DNA of 30,326 nt from the NCBI GenBank assembly GCA_027491435.1, contig JAOZFG010000031.1, forward strand, positions 1 to 30,326, read 5' to 3'. This DNA comes from Thermoproteota archaeon (GTDB taxonomy: Archaea; Korarchaeota; Korarchaeia; Korarchaeales; Korarchaeaceae). The position numbers were made by a program, and so were the translations under genes. The notes under the pieces are model-generated. The model was not told the DNA's origin. It worked only from the letters and a program-made list of their open reading frames with translations, and ran no database searches. Below, one piece after another: positions 8,930 to 17,946 of the stretch (positions are counted from its first letter, which is position 1; every line of letters begins with the position of its first letter).

Positions 8930-9628
8930 TTAGACGCCCCAAATCCTAGACCTGGCCTTCTCATCCGACAGTATTCCCTCTAAGCTTCCCTCGTAAACTA
9001 TTTCCCCTCTGTCTATCCCATAAGCCTTTGTAGCCAGCCCCTCCAACCTCTTCACTATCCCGGACTCAGATATCAGCATGCTGAACCCCTCATCCCTTAT
9101 CTGCTTGAGCGTCTTGGTCACTATGGCAGTTATCTTAGGGGCAAGCCCCTCTAGAGGCTCGTCCAGCAAGAGCAACTTGGGCTTCCTTATGAGACCTCTA
9201 GCAATTGCAAGCATCTGCTGCTCTCCACCGCTCAGATACAATCCCTTCCTGTCCAGAAACCTCTTTAGGTCGGGAACAAATTGGAGCACCCACTCCAGAA
9301 GGTCTTCGGGCACCTTACCCCCGTAGGCGATCTCCAGGTTCTCTAAGGCGGTCAGGTCGGGGATTATTCTCCTTCCCTCTGGAACGTAGCCTATCCCCAT
9401 GTTGGCCCTCTCGTGGGCTGGCTTCTGGGTGACGTCCTCGTCCAGCAGGTACACCCTGCCGGACTTGGGTCTAAGCAAGCCCATAATAGTCTTTATCGTG
9501 GTGGTCTTCCCGGCTCCGTTCCTGCCTATTAAGGCAACTGCTTCCCCCTCTCTCACCTCCAGGTTAACGCCCCTGAGGACTGTGACGCCCTTTATCTCCA
9601 CTACTACATCTTCGAGCTTGGCAATCAA
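8930..9628 (-). CDS. livF: Branched-chain amino acid-type ABC transporter ATP-binding protein
   Basis: GRNGAGKTT, YVPEGRR, LSGGEQQMLAIARGL, LLLDEP. Confidence 0.9.
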   Translation of the reverse strand: MIAKLEDVVVEIKGVTVLRGVNLEVREGEAVALIGRNGAGKTTTIKTIMGLLRPKSGRVYLLDEDVTQKPAHERANMGIGYVPEGRRIIPDLTALENLEIAYGGKVPEDLLEWVLQFVPDLKRFLDRKGLYLSGGEQQMLAIARGLIRKPKLLLLDEPLEGLAPKITAIVTKTLKQIRDEGFSMLISESGIVKRLEGLATKAYGIDRGEIVYEGSLEGILSDEKARSRIWGV

Positions 9629-10359
9629 CCCAGGTACACCTCCTTAACCTTCGGATCCTCCCTAACCTCTTCAGGGGTTCCCACTGATAGTATCTGCCCC
9701 TGGTGCATCACCACAATTCTGTCAGACACCTCGTACACCACGTCCAGGTCGTGCTCCACCAACAAGACCGTAACTCTCAGCTGGTCCCTCAACTTCTTTA
9801 TAACGCCTACCGTGGTCTTCTTTTCCCTGTAAGACATGGCTGCGGTGGGCTCGTCCAGCAGGATTACCTTGGGGTTCAACGAGTAGGCTATCGCCACGTC
9901 CAAGAGCTTTCTGTCACCGTGGCTCAGCTCCTTGGGGGTTAGGTGGGCCTTCACGTCCAGGTTGAACTCCTTGAGAATCTTCATGGCCTTTTCAACGGCT
10001 TCTGAGTCATCTAACCTTTTAGTCATAGAGATCGTCCCACTTATGGAGTGGATGGCCACCAGCAGGTTCTCCAAGACGGTTAGGTCCTCGAAGACGTTGC
10101 TTATCTGGAAACACCTGGCTAAGCCCTTGCTAACCAGTTGATTGGGGCTCTTTCCAGTTATGTCCTCTCCCATTAAGTACACTTCCCCTGAGTCCGGCTT
10201 TATCAGCCCGCTTATCAGGTTAAGCAAGGTGGTCTTGCCTGCCCCATTGGGGCCCACTAAGCTGACTATCTCCCCTTGATCAACGTGTATAGATACGCCA
10301 TCTACTGCCCTCACGTTGCCGAAGTACTTCCTAAGGTTTCTGGTCTCCAGAGCTTTCAT
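9625..10359 (-). CDS. livG: Branched-chain amino acid-type ABC transporter ATP-binding protein
   Basis: GPNGAGKTT, LSHGD, LLDEPTA, VEHD, VKEVYLG tail. ATG 10359 overlaps the livM stop (ATGA). Confidence 0.9.
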   Translation of the reverse strand: MKALETRNLRKYFGNVRAVDGVSIHVDQGEIVSLVGPNGAGKTTLLNLISGLIKPDSGEVYLMGEDITGKSPNQLVSKGLARCFQISNVFEDLTVLENLLVAIHSISGTISMTKRLDDSEAVEKAMKILKEFNLDVKAHLTPKELSHGDRKLLDVAIAYSLNPKVILLDEPTAAMSYREKKTTVGVIKKLRDQLRVTVLLVEHDLDVVYEVSDRIVVMHQGQILSVGTPEEVREDPKVKEVYLG

Positions 10360-11279
10360 CTCTTCTCCCTCCACTTAAGGAAGTAGCCCAGAACCCCGTG
10401 AGGGAAGAACAGGACTATGGCCACTAGGACCACCCCTATTACCAGTAGCCAGTACTCAGTGGCGCTCATCGCCACGTCGGCCAGGAATGAGTAGATGAAC
10501 CCTCCAACCAGCGGACCTAAGAACACCCTAGGGCCTCCTAGAAGGGTTACGAAGACGAACTCGGCCGAGTGTGTCCACAGCATGGTCTCAGGCGATATGG
10601 CTGTCTCTAGCAGGACGTAGAGGGCTCCAGCCACTCCGGAGAAAATGCTGCTTATTATAAAGCTGGTGAGCCTGACCCTGCTCACATCAAGGCCGATGAA
10701 CTTCGCCCTGAAGGCGTTGTCCCTTACCGCCATGAAAGAGAGTCCTAGAGAGGACCTTGTTATCTTGTAGAGAATGAACAGAGAGGCTAGGGTTATCGCC
10801 AGTATCACGTAATAGTAAAGTTCGAGGGTATTGAAGGGTCTGGGAAGGCCGTAAATCCCGTCACTCCCTCCCAGAAAGTCCCACTTAACGGCCACCCCGT
10901 AGAACATCTGTCCAAAGGCCAAGGTCAGTATCGCGAAGTAGATCCTGGTGTGCCTGACGCATAGGAAGCCTATAACAGCGCCAAACACCGCTGACATGAT
11001 CACGGCCATGACGAAGGACTCCACGTAGCCGAGCCCGAATCTAGACATCATCACCGCCAGGGTGTAGCCCCCAACCCCCCAGAAGAGGGCGTGGCCAAAG
11101 CTTAACAGCCCAGTGTATCCGAATAGGAGGTTGAAGCTTGTAGCGGCAAGGGATAGTAGGAGGGCCGACGCCACCAGATGAGTCATGTGCCTCCCGGCCA
11201 GGGGAACCAAGGCTAGCAGAATGATCCCAACGGCAATGGCTATCTGCTCAAAGCTTACCTCCTCAGACTCGGATTGCAT
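10356..11279 (-). CDS. livM: ABC transporter permease (LivM type)
   Basis: FNLLFGYTGLLSFGHALF, YFAILTLAF, GGSDG, AVRDN..RA. Confidence 0.9.
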   Translation of the reverse strand: MQSESEEVSFEQIAIAVGIILLALVPLAGRHMTHLVASALLLSLAATSFNLLFGYTGLLSFGHALFWGVGGYTLAVMMSRFGLGYVESFVMAVIMSAVFGAVIGFLCVRHTRIYFAILTLAFGQMFYGVAVKWDFLGGSDGIYGLPRPFNTLELYYYVILAITLASLFILYKITRSSLGLSFMAVRDNAFRAKFIGLDVSRVRLTSFIISSIFSGVAGALYVLLETAISPETMLWTHSAEFVFVTLLGGPRVFLGPLVGGFIYSFLADVAMSATEYWLLVIGVVLVAIVLFFPHGVLGYFLKWREKR

Positions 11280-11283
11280 TAAA

Positions 11284-12177
11284 TCACCTCCTCTCGAATT
11301 CAGGAGCTCCGAAGAGTCCCGTAGGTTTAACTAGCAGCACTAGAGCCATTATCACGAAGACCACCACGATCTCCATCTGGGGGTAGAAGGCTATGGCCAA
11401 GGACCTGAAGACGCCCACTATTAAGGAGCCTGCCAACGCCCCTGGGACGCTTCCCATGCCTCCTATGACTATAACCGCAAAGCTGTACACGATTATGTCG
11501 GTCCCCATCCCCGGGCTGGCGGTGTACAGGGGCCCCGCGCTTATCCCTCCTAGCCCGCTTAACAGGCTGCCCAAGAAAAATGAGTAGACGAATATCTTGC
11601 TCACGTCAACTCCCATTGCTTCCACGACTTCACTGTCCTGAGCCGCAGCCCTCATGACCTTTCCCGTGAAGGTCTTAGAGAAGAACGCCCAGAGCACAAG
11701 AAAGACGGAGAAGCCTAGCGCTATCAGCAGGATGTGGTACACCGGTATCTTGTACTCGCCGAACCTGAATCCCCCTAGGAAGGCGTTGGGGTCTGGAAAG
11801 TTGATATAGGCGGGCCCCCAGATCATCTTTACCAGGTCGTCGAAGATCAGTATGAGCCCGAAGGTTAGCAACAGCTGGTACTCTTCACCCATCTCGTAAG
11901 TCCTCCTGATGAGCCCCCTCTCCAGGGCAGCGCCCAGCAACCCGGTAAGTGGAGGGACTGCCAGGAAGGCTAGTAAGTAGCCCAAGGGAGTTCCGCTCAT
12001 CAGGTAGAGAACTACGGTTATTCCCAGGTAGGCCCCGACCATGTAAAGGCTGCCGTGTGCCAGGTTGAGCACCCTCATTATGCCGTATATTAGGGTGAGC
12101 CCCGAGGACACAAGGAAGAGTATGGAGGAGTAGACGAGACCGTTAAATGTTTGAACTAGAATGAGGCCTGGATCCAT
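11284..12177 (-). CDS. livH: ABC transporter permease (LivH type)
   Basis: GLTLIYGIMRVLNLAHG, GKVMRAAAQD, VIVIGGMGS, KPTGLFG. Confidence 0.92.
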   Translation of the reverse strand: MDPGLILVQTFNGLVYSSILFLVSSGLTLIYGIMRVLNLAHGSLYMVGAYLGITVVLYLMSGTPLGYLLAFLAVPPLTGLLGAALERGLIRRTYEMGEEYQLLLTFGLILIFDDLVKMIWGPAYINFPDPNAFLGGFRFGEYKIPVYHILLIALGFSVFLVLWAFFSKTFTGKVMRAAAQDSEVVEAMGVDVSKIFVYSFFLGSLLSGLGGISAGPLYTASPGMGTDIIVYSFAVIVIGGMGSVPGALAGSLIVGVFRSLAIAFYPQMEIVVVFVIMALVLLVKPTGLFGAPEFERR

Positions 12178-12205
12178 TGGAACACCTCAAAAAGAGGAGG
12201 GGAGT

Positions 12206-13531
12206 TTAGCCGCACTTCACGTAGGTCTGCTTGGGAGCGGGGAACACTTCGCCAAAGTCGAAGATCTGGAGGTCGTCCAGTATGGGGTGTGGGTAATTGG
12301 GAGCTCCCCTCTTGAGCTTGCCCCAGAACACTGAGTAGACGCCCTGATGATCCTCATTCCTTATTGCGACTGGTCCCATGGGACCTGCTATGGCTAGGCC
12401 CTCTAGGGCAGCCACCACGTCGTCCTGAGAAGGCCAGGCCCCCTTGGCCACGTAGGCCTTCTCTATTGCTGCCTTCAAGGCGTAGATTGCCGTATAGCTG
12501 GTGGCTGACACGTACGGCGGGTACTCCCCGTACTTGGACTTGAACTTGTTGACGAAGTTCTTGTTAAGCGGATACACGTCGTGAGGCGGGTAGAGGAACC
12601 AATACCTGCCGCTTCCCCAGACTTCAGCCTTAGCTGGGACGTTCCCATCGCCTATAGCCTTCAGGGTGTCGGTGGCTCCCAACATAGGGTTCAGGTAGTA
12701 CTTTATCGAGTCGAACAGTCCCTTTGAGTTGGCCTGCTTCACGAAGGTCGCCGCATCTCCACCCCACAGACTGCTGAACACCAGGTCTGGCCCGTAGGAC
12801 AGCATCTTATCTATGTAAGTGCTGAAGTCTTCGGTGCCCAACTTTGAGTACATGGGCTCCATCCAAGTCACGTCGGGGAGCAGCTTCTTCAAGGCGTTGC
12901 TGAATATGGCCCATGAGTCGTAACCGTAAGCGTAGTCAGGTCCTATGCTCGCTATCTTCTTCACGTCCTTGAATTTCTCTGCCACCAGTTTGGCAGCAGC
13001 TATGTCTATCGGTTCCTCGTACATGCTTATCCTGAACATGTAGTGAAGGTTATTGCAGGCCGTGAGCTTGGGGGTTGCGGCGTGCGTTATTATTGTAACC
13101 ACGTGAAGTTCGTTCTCCACGACCGGAGTCAGCTTTAGGACATCTCCGCTACTGTCAATCCCTATGAGGAACTCAGCTCCCTCCTCCTCGACCATCTTCC
13201 TTATATTCTTCAGGACATTCTCCCTGTCAGCCTCGTCCTTTAACGTTACTTCGACCTTCCTTCCCAAGATGCCGCCTGAAGAGTTGATCTCCTCGACAGC
13301 CATGTTGAGGGCCTTCTTTGCCATGTCACCGTAGGTGCCGAACTTGCCTGAGATGAACCACATGCCTCCTATCTTTAAGGGCTCTGAAGGAACGCCAGGC
13401 AACTTGCCAGCCTTAGCTTTCTCAGGGGTAGGTTTAGGGGCCAGGTTGTAGCCTAGGGCCCCTCCTATGACGAGGCCCGCAATTCCTCCGCCCAGTATTC
13501 CCAGGAACTCTCTCCTAGTTACCAAGCTCAT
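12206..13531 (-). CDS. livK: Tat-exported LivK/LivJ-family substrate-binding protein
   Basis: TRREFL twin-arginine plus TM; AVEEINSSGGILGRKVE; PDYAYG. Ligand not determinable from sequence. Confidence 0.85.
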   Translation of the reverse strand: MSLVTRREFLGILGGGIAGLVIGGALGYNLAPKPTPEKAKAGKLPGVPSEPLKIGGMWFISGKFGTYGDMAKKALNMAVEEINSSGGILGRKVEVTLKDEADRENVLKNIRKMVEEEGAEFLIGIDSSGDVLKLTPVVENELHVVTIITHAATPKLTACNNLHYMFRISMYEEPIDIAAAKLVAEKFKDVKKIASIGPDYAYGYDSWAIFSNALKKLLPDVTWMEPMYSKLGTEDFSTYIDKMLSYGPDLVFSSLWGGDAATFVKQANSKGLFDSIKYYLNPMLGATDTLKAIGDGNVPAKAEVWGSGRYWFLYPPHDVYPLNKNFVNKFKSKYGEYPPYVSATSYTAIYALKAAIEKAYVAKGAWPSQDDVVAALEGLAIAGPMGPVAIRNEDHQGVYSVFWGKLKRGAPNYPHPILDDLQIFDFGEVFPAPKQTYVKCG

Positions 13532-13789
13532 CCCTCCTTATCTGCGCTTAACCATTGGGCAGATGGTTTATATTAAAAAGGTTCTCATTCTGTCGGCGCT
13601 TTTACTATAAAAGATTTAGAGTATCAACGGACGATCCGGCTACTAAGTAAATATATTCTACCTGAATCCGCAAAATCGGTCCGTAAGATCCGTTGTTCGT
13701 CTGATAAGATTCGGTAACCGTACCCTATGTTAAAGTAAAAGTTCGAATTTATCCGTTAACCTTTTACCATTAACGCGGCCTAAGGAGCG

Positions 13790-14416
13790 ATGAGCGGTGA
13801 AGAGATAGAGGTAATAGAGGCCCTAAACCAGCTGAGAAAGTATCTACTACACAAAGCCAGGAGGAGCGTTGCCAGAATTTACATGGACTGGTCTGTAGGC
13901 AGCTTAGCTGGTTACGCGCTCACCTCATATTTGATAAAAGTGGGAGGGGGGCTGGAGACCTTAATACCTGTAGTCTGGATCATCATCGGCCTACTAGTCT
14001 CCTTGGACTATGGGAACAACCTCCAGGAGGTGATAAGGCTTCAGAAGATCCTCAGGGTAAAGGTCGTAGAGGTTAGGTGGAGGGAGCAGGCCCTAGGATG
14101 GGGGGCTTCCATCGTTGTCATGTTATTAATCAACGCCTTCTTCGGATTCGATGACGTTAACGTCTTCATGTCCTCCTTGCTGGTCATGATAGGCCTGGGA
14201 AACGTGGCAACTTGGCTATCCACCAAGAGGTTAATTGAGCCCCTCCTAGTGGGCGTAACCCTGTTGGTGATTTCCCCACTCCCAGTGCTCCTACCAGATA
14301 TGTCAGACTTAGTCGTGAGCCTTTCAATAGCGATAACATATGCCTTAGCTGCTGTAAGCATCAGCCTCAGGTGGAGGCCTAAGGATGAACCTGAAGGAGG
14401 CCTTGAGGAAAATTAA
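13790..14416 (+). CDS. Hypothetical multi-pass membrane protein
   Basis: About six hydrophobic segments; SD AGGAG before the ATG; overlaps the downstream HTH gene. Confidence 0.7.
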   Translation: MSGEEIEVIEALNQLRKYLLHKARRSVARIYMDWSVGSLAGYALTSYLIKVGGGLETLIPVVWIIIGLLVSLDYGNNLQEVIRLQKILRVKVVEVRWREQALGWGASIVVMLLINAFFGFDDVNVFMSSLLVMIGLGNVATWLSTKRLIEPLLVGVTLLVISPLPVLLPDMSDLVVSLSIAITYALAAVSISLRWRPKDEPEGGLEEN

Positions 14417-14705
14417 GGAGGAGCATGCCATCCTACAATCCACCAGGTTCAGCATAATCGTCTTACTGGCCATAGAAGGCAGGCTCTCCTTCAGAGAGAT
14501 CCAGGAGGAGCTAGGGCTTTCTCCAGGAAACTTGGGCTCCCACCTTAAGTTACTCGAGGATGAGGGCATAGTGGAGAGGAGCAGGTGCATAAGAAGGCTG
14601 AGGTACGTCTACTGTTACCAGTTAACCGAGTTGGGTTTGAAGAAGCTGGGGGACATCCTCAGCGTCGCCCATCGAGTCTCGATTAGAGGGACAAGGACGG
14701 AGTAA
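14385..14705 (+). CDS. Winged-helix (ArsR/HTH_34-like) transcriptional regulator
   Basis: LSFREIQEELGLSPGNLGSHLKLLEDEGIV...YQLTELG. Confidence 0.85.
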   Translation: MNLKEALRKIKEEHAILQSTRFSIIVLLAIEGRLSFREIQEELGLSPGNLGSHLKLLEDEGIVERSRCIRRLRYVYCYQLTELGLKKLGDILSVAHRVSIRGTRTE

Positions 14706-14890
14706 TTTTTTACTTTAACTTGATGGTCAAATTAAGTCGCCTAAAGCCTTGGCTTCAGTAGCCGTGGCTCAACCCAGCTTCGGCCGTCTGGCCCCATAGG
14801 AAGCAAGATTTGCTCCCGTGCACTGGCTCAAAAACTTGCAGAGGTTATTCCATACTGGAGGTTTTGGAGATAACATGCACACCGGTCATG

Positions 14891-14960
14891 AGTGCTGTCA
14901 AATTAAGGCCGCTTTCACGTCAAGATAGCCAGTACAGCATTTTTCAGCTACAGGCTGGTG
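14891..14960 (-). mobile_element. Isolated IS6-type end fragment
   Basis: AGTGCTGTCAAATTAAGG resembles the TIR of the 27117-27814 element; following bases loosely match that element's right end reversed (CACG..CCAG..CATTTT). Right boundary approximate. Confidence 0.5.
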
Positions 14961-15012
14961 GGCCTTATCAGGCCCCCGAGGAATGTGCTAGTGAGGCTTA
15001 GAATTTATCAGT

Positions 15013-15207
15013 GGTGCTGTCAACTTGAGGCTTGTTATAAAGGGGTTTACCGACTTCATATGAACTGAAAGGGACTTCAACTCCACCAGAGACCATGCTG
15101 TATAGACTAAGCCCTGCTTACTTTTAGGCCTGATGGGCGTGTCAACCAGCTCCTTGTATCGGCCGAATGCTACTGTGTCAGTAGAGGTGGCCTTAAGTTG
15201 CAGCACC
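15013..15207 (+). mobile_element. 195-bp MITE (internally deleted derivative of the IS6-family element)
   Basis: TIRs GGTGCTGTCAACTTGAGG ... CCTTAAGTTGCAGCACC; interior aligns by eye to the first ~150 bp and last ~75 bp of 27117-27814. Confidence 0.8.
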
Positions 15208-15264
15208 GGGTTGATTTCACTTGAGCTTAGACGCTTTTTTAAGGTTTGGTGAAGTGAACTGTAG

Positions 15265-16461
15265 ATGACTCTAGAGACGTTAGCTCTAGTAACTGTTAGC
15301 ACGGCGATTCTAGCGTCTACTATCTGGCCTTATAGGAAGCCGGCAGTCTTCATGACCTCGGCCGTCTTGCTGACATCGTTCCTAAACATTCACGTGGAAG
15401 AGCTTGTTGATCCTAGGCTCTTGGAAGTCCTGGTAATAACCTTCTCTTTGCTCATAATATCGGGGTTGCTGAGGTATAGCAACTTCTTCGAGTTTGTGAC
15501 CGCTAAGTTATTATCCAAGGTTAACACTGCTCTAGCTACATTTTTAGCTGTAAACTTGACCGCAGCCTTGTTGTCTGCTTTGGCCGCTACCTCTCTCGTC
15601 CTGCTTTACATGGTAACCGTGACGACTGAGCTGGCAGTCAAGCATAAAGTTAATCCCAAACCGCTGCTCCTTTCCCTGCTAATATCCTCCAATGTTGCCT
15701 CAATGGCTACAATGATTGGGGATTTATCGAATATAATAATAGCGACTTGTGTGGGCTTTTCTTACAGCTATTTTCTGTATAAAATGGGGTTGATAGCTTT
15801 AATAGAGCTAGTAATCGTACTGATCCCGCTGTACTTACTCTTCAAAGAACAGTTGAGTGCTCCTAGTGAGATAGAGGAAGTTAGCTGGGACTATTATAAG
15901 TTAACCTTCTCCTCATCCATCTTAACTATGTTTCTCGGCCTATCAGTGGCTTCTGGGTTCTTCGGAATATCAGAGGCCTCAATAATGGCCGTCGTAGCTG
16001 TAGCTGTCCTCTTCATAGGAGGGGAGAGGATGAAGCACATATACGAGAAGATCGAATGGGAAGTCATACTTTACTTGGGGGCCCTCTTGATCACCTTTAG
16101 AGCCTTTAGCCATTCAGGAGCCCCCAACCTCATACCCCTCAGGCATATAGATCCAATATCCTCTTTTCTACTATCTCTCGGTCTCTCCGCCTTTATAGAC
16201 GATGCTGAAGCTGCTTCCTTAGCCATCTCTCTGTTAAATGATGTTAAACTCAGTGAAAGTTCCTGGTGGGGCTTCGTCATGGGAACCAGCCTAGGGTCAG
16301 CCATATCCCCGCTAGGATCCATTGCAAACCTGATAGCTTTGAGAAGAGTTAGAAGTCTTGGAATACCCATCACTTTCGCGGATTACGTGAAGGTAAGTGT
16401 GCCTTCAGTGACTCTAGCAGTGATAGTGAGCTTAGTAGCCCTGGCGGGGGGCTTGCTGTGA
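15265..16461 (+). CDS. ArsB/NhaD/SLC13 (IT superfamily) permease, divergent copy
   Basis: Polytopic; SNVASMATMIGDLSNII, IEWEVI, SPLGSIANLI. Confidence 0.8.
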   Translation: MTLETLALVTVSTAILASTIWPYRKPAVFMTSAVLLTSFLNIHVEELVDPRLLEVLVITFSLLIISGLLRYSNFFEFVTAKLLSKVNTALATFLAVNLTAALLSALAATSLVLLYMVTVTTELAVKHKVNPKPLLLSLLISSNVASMATMIGDLSNIIIATCVGFSYSYFLYKMGLIALIELVIVLIPLYLLFKEQLSAPSEIEEVSWDYYKLTFSSSILTMFLGLSVASGFFGISEASIMAVVAVAVLFIGGERMKHIYEKIEWEVILYLGALLITFRAFSHSGAPNLIPLRHIDPISSFLLSLGLSAFIDDAEAASLAISLLNDVKLSESSWWGFVMGTSLGSAISPLGSIANLIALRRVRSLGIPITFADYVKVSVPSVTLAVIVSLVALAGGLL

Positions 16462-17783
16462 GGAGGGTCACAAACCTCTTCTTCATATTGGGGCTAGCGA
16501 TCTCTTACTACTTCGGTTACCTTAGAGGAGCGGGCGTCATAACTGAGGAACAGCTTAGGGCGCTCCTTGTGATGATTGCTACCTTTTTAATGATAGCCAC
16601 TGAGTATAGACATAAGGTTGTGGCCTCTCTAGCTGGAGTAGTTGCCCTCTGGGCTCTCGGAATACTTTCCGGTTGGGAGATGTTCTTGTTTTTAGATATG
16701 GAGGTGTTGGGCCTCCTGTTTGGCATGATGATAGTTGTGGGATCTCTTAAGGTTTCCGGGTTCTTCGAATTGCTCAGCGATTCCTTCCTTAGGCTCAGGA
16801 TGGGGCCAGTTAAGCTTATGGTAACCCTTACTTCGGTAACTGCCTTCCTCTCTGCCTTCCTGGACAACATAACCGTAGCCCTCTTCATGGTTACCGTAGC
16901 GATAAACCTGAGCAGGTCCTTGGGCATCAGTTCAGTTCCCTTAACAGTAGGTACTGCATTCTCCGCAGTAATAGGAGGACTAGGAACGCTGGTAGGGGAT
17001 CCTCCCAACATAATGATAGCCTCAGCCACTGGAGCGACCTTCACGGAGTTCCTGCTCAATACCGGGCCGGCGGCCGTAGTCGCCTATCTCGTTTGTCTCG
17101 GCACAACCTACCTTTACTACAGGGATGAGTTCCGAGAGGCAGAGGTTCAACAGGGATTATCTGGCAAGAGGCCTAAGGTTGACAGGTTCCTCATGTACAT
17201 AGGCCTCTCAGGCTTCCTTGGAGCTGTGATACTCTTCCTCCTTCAAGATTTAACCGGAATACCTCCGGCTGCAGCGGCTATTTACGCTGCCACTTTTGTC
17301 ATTGCGTTAGGTGGGAGGAAGACAGACAAAATACTTAAGGAGATAGAGTGGGATATACTTATTTTCTTAGGGGCTTTGTTGGTCATCGCAGGGGGTTTGG
17401 AAAAGACGGGACTCCTTCACCTGATGGCTGAGGGCCTATTAGGGTTAGTGGGACATGATGTTGAGCTTATGATGTCCATTATACTGTGGCTTTCGGCCCT
17501 GCTGAGTTCTGTGGTGGACAACATACCAGTAACCGCCTCGCTAATTCCCATGTTGAAGGAGATAACTGAGGAGTTGAACGCTAACCATCTATGGTGGGCG
17601 CTGGCCTCGGGGGCGGCGGTTGGTGGCCTAGCTACACCCCTAGCCTCGGTACCTGTCTTGGTAGCTTACAAGTCGTTAGAGGAAATGGGGGAGGTTAGGT
17701 TCGTGGACCTCGTTAAGGTGGGAATGTTATTCCTGTTAGTCGTGACCGCCGCGCTGAACGCTTACCTTTTACTCAGGTACTGA
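16458..17783 (+). CDS. ArsB/NhaD/P-protein-like permease
   Basis: SAFLDNIT, GTLVGDPPNIMI, IEWDILIFL, SSVVDNIP; GTGA overlap with the upstream paralog. Confidence 0.88.
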   Translation: MRRVTNLFFILGLAISYYFGYLRGAGVITEEQLRALLVMIATFLMIATEYRHKVVASLAGVVALWALGILSGWEMFLFLDMEVLGLLFGMMIVVGSLKVSGFFELLSDSFLRLRMGPVKLMVTLTSVTAFLSAFLDNITVALFMVTVAINLSRSLGISSVPLTVGTAFSAVIGGLGTLVGDPPNIMIASATGATFTEFLLNTGPAAVVAYLVCLGTTYLYYRDEFREAEVQQGLSGKRPKVDRFLMYIGLSGFLGAVILFLLQDLTGIPPAAAAIYAATFVIALGGRKTDKILKEIEWDILIFLGALLVIAGGLEKTGLLHLMAEGLLGLVGHDVELMMSIILWLSALLSSVVDNIPVTASLIPMLKEITEELNANHLWWALASGAAVGGLATPLASVPVLVAYKSLEEMGEVRFVDLVKVGMLFLLVVTAALNAYLLLRY

Positions 17784-17891
17784 CATTTCGCTAAGAGGTT
17801 ATATCAAGGGACGCTTTCAAGAATTCAGGAAGAATTTTTTTCTGTTATTAGAGTGAGTTAGGTAGCCTGCCTCCTCATAGAGTGTTGTTTT

Positions 17892-17945
17892 GGAGCCGCA
17901 CCCGCACGTCTGAGAGTGAACTCGGGAAAGCGTGAGAAAGGCTCC
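17892..17945 (+). other. GC-rich nested hairpin between convergent genes
   Basis: GGAGCC/GGCTCC, CACG/CGTG and TCTGAG/CTCGGG (G-U pairs) nested stems. Confidence 0.45.
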
Positions 17946-17946
17946 G

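Noticed and set aside
14810-15302. ORFs 14810-15001 and 14988-15302
   Set aside because: They run through IS/MITE remnants or antisense to the permease and show no protein motifs.
17905-17935. Hammerhead ribozyme or TPP riboswitch
   Set aside because: CTGAGAG does not fit CUGANGA, the TPP core is incomplete, and no gene lies downstream on that strand.
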